Assembly: GCA_946965045.2 (NCBI GenBank)
Contig: OX337230.1
Location: forward strand, 3,410,001-3,474,000
Origin: Epithemia pelagica
Lineage: Eukaryota > Protista > Bacillariophyta
Length of the DNA stretch: 64,000 bases
Direction: 5' to 3'
Below, in pieces: positions 48,291 through 58,784 of this stretch; within the stretch, counting starts at the first letter, position 1, and each line of letters opens with the position of its first letter. A program made the translations under genes and the position numbers. The notes beneath the pieces were generated by a model that saw only the letters and a list, made by a program, of their open reading frames with translations, was not told where the DNA came from and ran no database searches.

Positions 48291-48977
48291 TCAATTGGTT
48301 TCTTGCGGAATCACGGAGGGCGCTGGGGCGCCACCAGCCGCAACATGTTCCTGCGGTGTGGTAATGGGAAGCTCCACAAAGGTTGCAAAGACAGGCCGCG
48401 ACCATTCGGCTAGGCGAACAGATTCAATGTCCTCTCCGTTCAACAAGCCAAACCGTTCCGTGTGCAACAACTTGAAAATACGGCGATTCATGGTCGCAAA
48501 TCCCTGATATCCATTCGCCTGGAGAGCTCGGAGAGCCCGTTGTTCTTCGGGATACTCCATGGCATAAGCCGTGCCCTCCTCTAGATGCGCATTGCAGTAC
48601 CAGTGCATACCATATTCTGTCGAAGTCGGAACTCTCATTTTAAAGAGCGACTGAGCACGATCCATGACGAGGCAGATGTACAGCAAGCGCTTCAAGCGCG
48701 AGGTTTGAAATGTGTTGGCAATTTCCTCTTCATAGCGATTCGGATCATCAGAGGCCTCCCAGGCATTTACTAGTTCGTACACAAGGTTAAGGCATGCCCA
48801 GCGATCCCTGTTGAGCGTTTGGTAGGTTTCGTGAAAGGGATTGTCGCGCAACCCCAAGTACAAGCTTTGTGCCCACAGTTCCGGATCTTGACGACCCAAA
48901 CTGGAATACGTACGGTCGATTCGAGCTTGGAAGTCAGCATGCTCGTAGTCGGTGACAAAATCGTTGACTGTTCCCAT
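48291..48977 (-). CDS. Protein of unknown family, copy 2 (228 aa, start MGTVNDF)
   Basis: Colinear with 39169-39984 (HADFQAR, YELVNAWE, RYEEEIAN, MDRAQSLFKMR, HLEEGTAYA, MNRRIFK, RFGLLNG); 3' flanks are also similar. Confidence 0.75.
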   Translation of the reverse strand: MGTVNDFVTDYEHADFQARIDRTYSSLGRQDPELWAQSLYLGLRDNPFHETYQTLNRDRWACLNLVYELVNAWEASDDPNRYEEEIANTFQTSRLKRLLYICLVMDRAQSLFKMRVPTSTEYGMHWYCNAHLEEGTAYAMEYPEEQRALRALQANGYQGFATMNRRIFKLLHTERFGLLNGEDIESVRLAEWSRPVFATFVELPITTPQEHVAAGGAPAPSVIPQETN

Positions 48978-49101
48978 TCTTCTTTCTCTTTGGTGTGTTG
49001 GGTCAGGTGGATCAGTGATTTTGTGGGCATTCCAAATTCCAAAGGAAACAAGCCAAGGCAACCTGATCGCAACCTCTCGGAACTTCACACGTCTCATTCA
49101 C

Positions 49102-49173
49102 TATCCCCAGCGGGGGAGAGAAGGATTCAGATTTTGACCATACAAAGAAAAAACTCACCCTCGCTGGGGAATA
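49102..49173. mobile_element. 72-bp MITE with a perfect 10-bp TSD
   Basis: Left TATCCCCAGCGGGGGAGAG; right end reverse-complements to TATTCCCCAGCGAGGGTGAG. TCTCATTCAC at 49092-49101 and 49174-49183. Confidence 0.8.
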
Positions 49174-49315
49174 TCTCATTCACATCCAATCGTACACGAC
49201 TGGAAACTGGAACCCCCGACGGCAAACGCCCCCGAAGTTTAAACTTGACCCCAAAATCTGAACGTCGATTATAGAGGAGTTGGGTCCAAAAAGGTTTGCT
49301 TTCATCGGATGGTCT

Positions 49316-49959
49316 TACCCCCCAGCGGGGATGAGTTCAGGTCGCTCATGAGTCGAATGCGCGATGCGCATTCGTACACTCAACATGAACTATTGGCACA
49401 ATGCTTCATGACTACTTAGATTGTATTCATATCTTTAATTTGGTTCTTGTTTATTTTGTTACAGTACTGCAGACACACGGAAAGTGGTTCCAATGCGGGA
49501 TGAACAGGCAGCCTTCCCATGTTGGTCTTCAAATAGCAACTGGATGGAGCGTTCGAGTGATGACAGGCCATGGTGGCTATTGGAAGGGAACAAAGGACTG
49601 TCGTAGGGTTTTGGATGCACAGAAAAGTAGGAGCTCGGGCCTTTGCAGCACGGTCATCGGTCTTGTTGTTGTTGCGATCCGAAACCCTTGAATTGAGAGT
49701 GTCTTGGTCCAATGAGTAGAGGCTTTGGAGAGCCGGCGCCTTCGTAGAACCGTCGTGGGTAGTATTGGTGAGAGCCTTGTGGTCGGGATGGAGGTGCGGG
49801 TATCCATGATGGATGCATTCGTCCTCACTCGTTTGGCTCCGTGGTGGCTCCGTGGAGGTGAAATCCCAGCTCCGAAAAATCGGCAAGGGGGTGAGTAAGA
49901 GAAGATGCATCGAAGATGCTGACCAACCTACGACCTGGACTCAACCCCGCTGGGGGGTA
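49316..49959. mobile_element. 644-bp non-autonomous TIR element of the same family
   Basis: 29-bp TIR TACCCCCCAGCGGGG(A/T)TGAGT(T/C)CAGGTCG with 2 mismatches. Flanks CGGATGGTCT (49306-49315) / CGGATGGTCC (49960-49969). Confidence 0.9.
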
Positions 49960-51223
49960 CGGATGGTCCAGGGTCTCTGTCGGAAAGACAAAATAGTTTT
50001 GTGATAAGTGGTTCCATTGCTTGACACATTTTTGAAAGAACACCGAAGGAGTAGCAAGCTATGTTGCGCTAGGCACGTTTCCAATATTTGCCACGAATGT
50101 CATTCGACAAGAAAGACACACCGCTCATACCACCCGCTCTCTCCACGCCCCTCATTCGTCCAAAACCAGACCAACTGGAGCACTCGTCATCGAATCAAAC
50201 TGCTTCGCTCTGTTTGAGACTTGAGCCCACGTGAGTGTCACTACCGATTGTAACCAACCAACGGCAGGAGTCCTCTTCTTGGTGTTCTCTCTTTCCTTCA
50301 CTTCACCACGTCTCTGCTCTGTTGTCTCGTTCCGCTTGGTCAACCCTAGGGACTCCCACTATTTTGTTTCTGCGGTGTCTGAGGAGTTTGTCAGTTTTCT
50401 CCGTTGTGTTGCGTCGGCCCCTCAGTTGGTTGGGGGAACAGGTCAAAAATAATGTTTATGTGTTTGCTGGTTGGGAGGAGTAAGGCTTAACGCCATTCAA
50501 CACCGAGTATCACATATGCACCTCCCGACAACAACGAGGTGCACATACGCACCTCGAGTAACTTTGATTCATCATAACTTTCTAGCTTTTAGTTCTTTCT
50601 AAATTTTGAAACTTCCAAAAGAATCTACGCAAAATTTGGAACAAATCACTCTAAGACATCCTCGTACAATTTTTGACTTATGAGCGCCGTATTTCACTTT
50701 TTTGTACGAGGACTTTTACCAGTTTTTCGTTCTCCGGAACCCATCCCTCCCTTCTCCAGTAGATATCATCACACCTCCATTGAATGAAGTACCAACAGCC
50801 CATGTGTGGGTTCTATGCTACACAAGACACATTGCTGGCGTGTATCCATGTCATCATGTCTCTGGACTTGCCTTTACGGGGCACTCAAAGTTGGATGGAT
50901 CGAAATCATTCCCTCGGACACACATCCAACAATCCAACAGAAAAACACAGCAGATGCTTTCCAACAACTTCCTCCTGCACAGCAACATGTCCATGTGCAA
51001 CAACAAGGTGTTCATGCGCTAGCTAGCCAACAAATGTTCAGTAATGGTGCAGCAATCCTCAAAACTGTCGCCATGGTGAAACGACAGTGTTTCGCGCAAC
51101 AAAATCTTAACTGAAATGCCATTACACGTGGAGCCATATCATTTGTGTTCACTTAAAATAAAGCCTTTTAATTTTCTGTTAAGGGCCGAGGTGCACGAAA
51201 CGAGGATCTTTGCACCTCGATGC

Positions 51224-52508
51224 TAGTTCCTCTCTCTTTTCAGGACATCAACACCTTCTCGTTCTCACATTCTTACACACTAAGAAAACTATGTTAAAGT
51301 ACTTGACCAACGCTGGGGGGGGGTTATAGCCCCCCACCCATATCCGTAGGAGGGATCCGTAATCGCGCCACAGTCGCAGATCTCCAGAATCTGCTAAACT
51401 GTGTTTGCCGTGGGCGAGTGTGTCTCCAGACCAGAACTCTCACTCCTTATCCTCACAAAGTGAGGCCGCATCCTCGAAATATCTTCGCAGTGATGCAGAA
51501 GTCAGCTGCTATGAGTTGCCACACTCTAACAACCAACCGTGGAGAGAGACTCCCAGTCCATGAAACAGGCCAGCTGACGGACAACAAGCGACCTGGGCTT
51601 ATACCACCAAGGTAGTACAGCCAAGTCTTACCGGGCGGGCGGGTGGGCGAAAGAAGCGAATTCACAGAACCAATGGGTGATCAGATCCTTGATGACTGTG
51701 CTCCTCTTCTTTCCAACAATTTATGATTGCTGAACTTTTGTTGGGACGGTCATAGGGAATGACCGTCCCAACCAACTCTTACTCTTGAAATCTCGTTGGG
51801 ATCGATGTCCTCTTCATCATTCGTCCGTCGGTCACTTCTTGACCGGCGCGGTACGATGCGGTACTAGTTCCTCTCTCTTTTCAGGACACCAACACCTTCT
51901 CGTTCTCACATTCTTACACACTTAGAAAACTATGTTAAAGTACTTGACCAACGCTGGGGGGGGGTTATGGCCCCCACCCATATCCGTAGGAGGGATCCGT
52001 AATCGCGCCACAGTCGCAGATCTCCAGAAACTGCTAAACTGTGTTTGCCGTGGGCGAGTGTGTCTCCAGACCAGAACTCTCACTCCTTATCCTCACATAG
52101 TGAGGCCGCATCCTCGAAATATCTTCGCAGTGATGCAGAAGTCAGCTGCTATGAGTTGCCACACTCTAACAACCAACCGTGGAGAGAGACTCCCAGTCCA
52201 TGAAACAGGCCAGCTGACGGACAACAAGCGACCTGGGCTTATACCACCAAGGTAGTACAGCCAAGTCTTACCGGGCGGGCGGGTGGGCGGGCGAAAGAAG
52301 CGAATTCACAGAACCAATGGGTGATCAGATCCTTGATGACTGTGCTCCCCTTCTTTCCAACAATTTATGATTGCTGAACTTTTGTTGGGACGGTCATAGG
52401 GAATGACCGTCCCAACCAACTCTTACTCTTGAAATCTCGTTGGGATCGATGTCCTCTTCATCGTTCGTCCGTCGGTCCCTTCTTGACCGGCGCGGTACGA
52501 TGCGGTAC
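51224..52508. repeat. Two tandem ~641-bp B+A terminal-repeat units
   Basis: tagttcctctctcttttcagg starts at 51224, 51865 and 54705; aaagaagcgaattcacagaacc starts at 51650, 52294 and 61219; GC-rich linker ACCGGGCGGGCGGGTGGGCG. Confidence 0.95.
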
Positions 52509-52683
52509 TACCGTAATTTTTGGATTCGTATACCCCCGGAATGTGCACGGATTTGTGAGGGGGGTACATGGCTAAGAGAAAAATTTCAAAATGAAAAAGT
52601 AAGATTCCGTTTTGAAGTACTACTTGATTCATAGTTGCAAATGCCAATGCGTTTTCCCTCCAATACTCCCTCCACCTCGTCCT

Positions 52684-54047
52684 ATGTTCCCATCCGTCTT
52701 TACAAGAGTGGTGGTTCTTGAGGACAATGAACAGGCCGGACTGCGCCGGAAAAGGCGGATCATCATCAACAAGAGGAAGGTAGAAATTTGTGAGAAACTG
52801 ATTGCTGGGAAGAGGATTCCTGGCTTTACTCTGAAAGGCCTTGCTCGAGAGGAAGGCGTTCAACCCTCTCAGATCAGGCGCTGGCTGAAAGATATTAACA
52901 AGTTGCGGATCTCGTGCGAAGGTAGGGGGAAATACCTTGCGTCTCTTCACACTGGGCGCCCCAACATCTTTCAACAAATCGATGCCTTACTGGACCGCAT
53001 CAGGGCGCTCAGAGAAGCCGCCATGCCCGTGTCTGTCAACATGGTTGTTATAATGGCATCCAAGCTTGATCCGGAGTTTCGAAGGAGGACACAGAGTGGC
53101 AAGTATCAGTCTATGAGAAGACTGCTAAGAAGCAATGGAATAGTGATAAGAAGCAAGACACATGAAGCTCAATGCCATCCGAGGGAAAAGAGAAAAGAAG
53201 GCAAGACTTTTGTGCAGAGGATCATCCCCTCCATTGCGCAGCCAAACAGACATCAAGACTTTGTGGCGAACATGGACCAAACGCCAGTATTCTTCTCGAT
53301 GACTCCTACCACAACACTGGAGTCACAAGGTGCAAGAACTATCAATGTAAGGTCATCCAGTGGTAGCACACTCCGACTTACCCTTGCAGTTTTTGTTACC
53401 GCTTCAGGCAATGTTCTGACTCCTTACATTGTCTATAAGGGCACGTCCAATGGACGGATTGCCAGAGATTTTCTTGCTCCTGAAGCACATGGTTACCCAT
53501 CAGATTGTTTCTATTCATGCCAAGAGAGAGCCTGGATGGATGAGAAATGCTGTCTTCAATGGGTGGAGAAGTGTGTGAAGCCGTGGTCAGAGAAGGCTCC
53601 TCCTGGCGTCTTGCCTTTATGTTGTTGGATCAATACAAATGTCACCTACAGACAGCTGTTGTCAATGCCATTCATGATCTGGGAGTAGAGATTGAATATA
53701 TTCCTGGAGGCTGCACATCTCTGACACAGCCTGTGGATGTCGGAATAAACAAGCCCTTGAAAAATAGAGTTCGTGCACAATGGGAAGAGTACATGCTTGA
53801 AGATGGATTGTTCCAAGAACAAACAAAGCCACCAAGTCGCCAACAAATGGCTCAATGGTGTGTGAAAGCTTTGAAAGATCTTCCAAAAGAGATAGTGAAG
53901 AATTCCTGGAGGCATGGAGATTATTCCTATTTTCCAGGAGAGGCAAGGTCAACAGTTGTCGACGAGATTTCAGATTCCATGGAAGAGCTTGATCTGAGTA
54001 ACAGTGAAGATGAAGAAACTACTGAGAACGATACAACAGAGAATTAG
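52684..54047 (+). pseudogene. pogo transposase (HTH + CENP-B-like HTH + DDE_1, DD35D) with one frameshift near 53610
   Basis: ANMDQTPVFF, KLTP-like VLTPYIVYKG, AWMDE, LLDQYKCH...QPVDVGINKPLK (35 residues between D2 and D3); split over ORFs 52612-53688 and 53547-54047. Confidence 0.9.
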
Positions 54048-54079
54048 GATGGTATACAACAGAGAATTAGGATGGTTTA

Positions 54080-54544
54080 TTAAGTTTTAGAATACTTTTG
54101 TGTGTGACCTTCATTGTTATCTTGGTTGTTTTCTTGCTCTTCAGTACTCCGTGCTCTTTTCCTTGGGGGTGTGGCGACCATCTCCACAAGCACAGCTCTG
54201 CACACTCCTTTACCTCTGTGACTCTTTGCCCTCTGCTCCTTTTCTTCTGATTCATCCAGGAATTCAACAACTTGGGCAAGTTTCCCTTTGTAGTAGCTTG
54301 AATGCTTTATAAGGTATCGTGGTAAGAAACCAACACGACACCTATCCAGCCCATCTGTGACCCAATACACTGCGATGGCAGGCTCTTCTCTGCCTTCCAC
54401 AGTGACTTGCACCAATCTAAATCTTACAAGAGAATCATGTTTCAAAACAGATCCACAAACAGCATGTGCTTCACAGCTTCTTCCATTGGAAGAAGTGTGG
54501 AGCCCCACTATATCGACCGTAACTCCTGTTGGGTGGACACCCAT
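54080..54544 (-). CDS. Accessory ORF inside the pogo element, HIRAN-like with a CxxHxxC motif
   Basis: Intact 154-aa ORF: VDIVGL...GRSCEAHAVCG...EPAIAVYWVTDGLDRCRVGFLPRYL, then a basic PRKRAR segment. Confidence 0.65.
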   Translation of the reverse strand: MGVHPTGVTVDIVGLHTSSNGRSCEAHAVCGSVLKHDSLVRFRLVQVTVEGREEPAIAVYWVTDGLDRCRVGFLPRYLIKHSSYYKGKLAQVVEFLDESEEKEQRAKSHRGKGVCRAVLVEMVATPPRKRARSTEEQENNQDNNEGHTQKYSKT

Positions 54545-55183
54545 GGTACGTTTGACAGCTCGTTGTAAAGCTTATAAAACGAGGAATTACACTGTGCTGT
54601 ACAAATTTGAGTACTAGTCTGTCCTCGGTTTGTACGACCCAATGTGCATGGAAAAGCAAGGGGGGTACGGGAATGCGAGGGGTACAAAACACCGAAAATT
54701 ACGGTAGTTCCTCTCTCTTTTCAGGACACCAACACCTTCTCGTTCTCACATTCTTACACACTTAGAAAACTATGTTAAAGTACTTGACCAACGCTGGGGG
54801 GGGGTTATGGCCCCCCACCCATATCCGTAGGAGGGATCCGTAATCGCGCCACAGTCGCAGATCTCCAGAATCTGCTAAACTGTGTTTGCCGTGGGCGAGT
54901 GTGTCTCCAGACCAGAACTCTCACTCCTTATCCTCACAAAGTGAGGCCGCATCCTCGAAATATCTTCGCAGTGATGCAGAAGTCAGCTGCTATGAGTTGC
55001 CACACTCTAACAACCAACCGTGGAGAGAGACTCCCAGTCCATGAAACAGGCCAGCTGACGGACAACAAGCGACCTGGGCTTATACCACCAAGGTAGTACA
55101 GCCAAGTCTTCACCCCGTTTGGTCTTTCCTCCAACATTCACCTTCATGTCTCATATCTTCTTCTCTCTCTCTTTCTCGTGTCT

Positions 55184-55480
55184 TCACAGACCTTCTGAGA
55201 ATTTCACCAACGCTTCCACAGATGCCTTTGCATCCGAGTACCGCTCGATCATTGACATTGATGGAAGTATCCCTCTACCCTTCAAGTGTTTTTTCCAATG
55301 GTTGTTCATCTCGATGATGTCCTTTGAAATGCCCCGGTTCTGCGCCTCCGTTGTGGCGCCTCTCCGGAAGGATCGACGGGTACTGAACGCGTCCTCAATT
55401 TTTGTGCTTTCGACTATCAATTGAGGATGTCGATGTTGTATCCTCTTCCATAATGCATGGAACAAGATACCACTGACCGA
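55184..55480 (-). pseudogene. C-terminal remnant of the tyrosine recombinase
   Basis: STRRSFRRGATTEAQNRGISKDIIEMNNHW...MIERYSD (RxxR box, W, catalytic Tyr region); fused directly after RNase H, so most of the YR is deleted. Confidence 0.8.
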
Positions 55481-55499
55481 ATCTTTCTGGCGGTCTCAA

Positions 55500-58400
55500 A
55501 TTGGATTCTCTTCGAATTTCGACCTTCCCGCAACGTTTTCATCAGCAAGTCAGTACCTTGTTCGATCATGCGCGTCCCCGCGACCCAAATGACTCGGAGA
55601 AAAATGCAACCACGCATCTCCATCCGTTTCGTCCTCAACACCAGATCATACAACAATTTGGAGGTCGATGTCCCTCGGAAGAAGGCGGCCTCTGCCGTTG
55701 AGTTGTCCGTAAACATGAAGACCTCGGATCCATACTCGATCGTTCCATCGTCCACCAATGCTTCGAGACGCAATACAAGGTTGTAGAATTCCCGAAAATT
55801 GGACGATCGGGATCCGTATGCTCTTGTCCACAGCCCATGTTCTGTTTCTATGGTTGATGTCCCATAAATCCAGAGCGACGACCCAAATCCTTCGCCCGAG
55901 GCATCTCCGAACAAGATAGCGACCTTGGATCCTTTGAGAGGCCTCGCCAGAATCTTTGGCGGTGTTTCATCCTTGGTAAGTTCACTTAGGGCCGCGACAT
56001 CGCCATCGTACCTCGGGACTTTGGCTACATACTCTGGCAGAATCTCACTCGCTTTCTCCCTCCATTCACGAACTCGCTTTCTGCGATCCTTTTCAGGCAA
56101 TCTCCAGCCCTCCTCATCCCGATCCTGTCTCCACGACTCTAAGGTCAAATGGATCCCGGGATCATAATGTCGTATGTAAGTGAGACGTAAACAAGGAAAC
56201 CTCGTATGCGTTCGAGTTCCTTTTGGTTGATCCGGTCCGGCGATTTCGCCCATTCGCTCAACTTCATTACATGTGCTTTTGTTTTGTTCCAGCGATCTTG
56301 CGCCACAGTCTTGTAGACACGGCATCCTTCTCCGTTTCCACAATTGCACCAGCCCAGGGTCCCGGCGACTTGCTTGGTTCTCTCCTTTTCCTGGCCGCAT
56401 CCTGCAGCCCAAAGAATGAAGCTCCCTTTGCCATCCAACTAGCCGCAAGCCATGCCTCCTCTTCTGAAGGAGCCGTCTCACGCAGATCATCGACGTACAG
56501 GTGTACATCAGCTGCAATGTCACCATTCGCTCGCAACTTGCTTATCCAAGGTAGGGACAGATCATAGTGTGCGTCACCAGGTAAGTTCAATCTGACATCC
56601 ACCCACCCGAATTATTCGCTTGACGCGTTGAGCGCACTGGGTTGTCTGGTAAGGCGAGGTTGTGAGGCCCATCGCACATCTCGTCCACGCCTCCCATATT
56701 CTTGTTCGTCCGAATTTGTCTTGCAATTCCTCCGGGAAAAGGTCAGTGATATCAATGCCTGTGTAACATCTGAGTTCAGGATGAACCCAAAAGTGCAAAA
56801 ACATCTCACCAAAGTCGTTGTCCGCCGACCACGTTTTCCCTTCCATAGACCGAAGCATCGCATTTACATTTCCTAACCCGAACCACGGAGCAAACAGAGC
56901 GGCATTCAAACCGCTTTTCTTTCCATCATAAACCATTTGGATATCATCCTCGCCTTTCGGCACGGAGAAAAAGCTCGTCAGAGATTTGATGCCCGGTGTT
57001 GGAGCAATATACCTTCGCTTCCTAACCTTTGTCAATTTCTTCTTCTCCAATGCCTTGCTCTCCTCATTTGGATTCACTTGTTGACGACGTCTATACGCAG
57101 GTGGCGGTCCAATCCACATTGGGGCCACTCCATCTCTCATCTCGGTCATCCAACCCAAATCCGGCATCCTCCAGAAGAAAGGGGACGACCCCGCGTCCCA
57201 ATCCCACCAGGATGCTCTTGATGCATGATCCAACGCGCTGAGTCCTGCTCGAATGGTTCGATCTCGCACATCCTCCTCGTCGTCGGCAAAGACTTGTCCC
57301 TTCCACCACGACCAGAAATCCGAGCAGACTCGTCGCTTCCAATACCGTAACGTAACTTTCCGTATCGCATTCAACGCGTTGATCACATCTCGGCGTTTCC
57401 CTTCATCTTGTATACCCAATTTTTGACAAATGCGGTCGTCCCACAGGTACGTTGGGATTTTGGCATCGTCTGATTTCGTTGCCTTGAGGTTCCTGTCCTC
57501 ACGCCTTTCTTCTGTATTGAGAGAGCCCCCTCCTTCTTCACTATCGGGAATCGCATATAAAGGTATATCCTCTTCCGTCATTCGTGATTCATCAGGACAC
57601 TCGTCTCCAGCCGTAAGCAGACTCTTTGAGTCCAGGTCGCTCTTACTTTTCTTCCCTTCTACATTTCCGATACTCCTTTCCTTCGTTTCTCGTGTCCATT
57701 CTTGCAGCGATCTTACAACCTGCACTCTTACCTTGAACGGAACCGAGATGGCCTCCAACCAACGTGCCAATTCCAATTCAGATCCTCGTTTGTGGAGACC
57801 CGCCGGGAAATCCATCGCAATAGCCAGCTCCTGTGAACTGAGCCGTCGTTTCACAAGGCCCGTCGACGCAAATACACTTGGCAACTCATGATCCGAGAGT
57901 CTGTCCCTCTTCCAGTTCAGTTTCCTGTTCAAAATCGACGACGACGGGCGTGCACCACGAACACAATCCAGCGATGATTTACATTCTCTTCCGTGTACCG
58001 TTGGATCAATCACCCCCCTCATGGTAGTTTTCTTGAGGCCATCCTCGAGAAAATCGGCCCAATAATCAACGAACCTCGGTGCGCACTTAGGCTCATCCCC
58101 TGCGAGGCCGTGGTTGCGTTCCGCGACGTGAATCCACGAAACCAAATCGGTAACCCCTCCAAGATACTGATGAGAGATTTTTATTACCGACTTTGACCAT
58201 TTTTCTTGCTCGAGGTCCTCCCTTGGAGGACCGGCCCACTTCCGACTTCCAATCCACAACACCACTTGGACCGATTCCATGTTCCAAACCGGATGATTTG
58301 GACCCGGGGATAATCCACCCTCAAAAAAGACAACATCGACAGGCAACCGCCGCGACCATTCTTGCGATTCTTGAAATTGTATTCGCTGTTTCTTCACGCC

Positions 58401-58658
58401 ACGATTCTTTTTTAATCTTGACTCCAATGGTATCGCCAGCTCTCGCCATTCCGAAGCGCCTGTTTCGTCGCCAACATCCTCCATATCCAACACATCAATC
58501 CACTCTACCGTGCCCAGCGAAGGTACCGCCCAAAACCAAAAGGGGGTTCCAACACTCGCTATACCTATTCTCCAATTTCCCTTTCCTACACTCCAACGAC
58601 CAATCTTCTTTTCCGCGACGCCGGTTTGCGACTCATCTCTTGTGTTGACCGTATCTAC
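55500..58658 (-). pseudogene. pol: N-terminal MTase-like region, reverse transcriptase and RNase H, with several frameshifts/deletions (~56590, ~56300, ~56160)
   Basis: RT: FFSVPKG, MVYDG, DNDFGEMFLHF, MGLTTSPY, LYVDDL. RNase H: LFGDASGEGFG, SSNFRE, FTDNSTAE, VIWVAG. Confidence 0.9.
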
Positions 58659-58784
58659 TTAACGTTTCAGCATCGGACTCCTCGCTACCTCTCGCTTGTT
58701 TCTACCCTTCGCCTCGGCTCCTTCTCGCTCCCACGTCCTCTCCTTGCTCCGAGGCGGAAACACAATCTCCGCTTGCATCAACTC

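Larger units (their letters stand above)
52511..54704 (+). mobile_element. pogo-type (Tc1/mariner superfamily) DNA transposon, 2194 bp
   Basis: TIR CCGTAATTTT(T/C)GG; TA TSD at 52509-52510 and 54705-54706. The empty site GCGGTAC-TA-GTTCC is visible at 51858-51871. Confidence 0.95.

Noticed and set aside
48978-49097. N-terminal extension of the orphan gene copy 2
   Set aside because: Paralog alignment starts at MGTVNDF (48977); the extension has no counterpart and abuts a MITE.
49316-49959. Tc1/mariner assignment based on flanking TA
   Set aside because: A 9-10-bp direct repeat lies outside the TA here and in two related copies, so the TA is part of the TIR.
50720-51180. Cys-containing fragments inside the TTAA element as a piggyBac C-terminal Cys-rich domain
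   Set aside because: Only a short QQCVLCS hint on the minus strand among stops; insufficient support.
51418-55096. Repeated small ORFs MCLQTRTLTP... in the B repeats
   Set aside because: They recur only because the terminal repeat is triplicated; they are antisense to the element, differ in length between copies, and show no domain signal.
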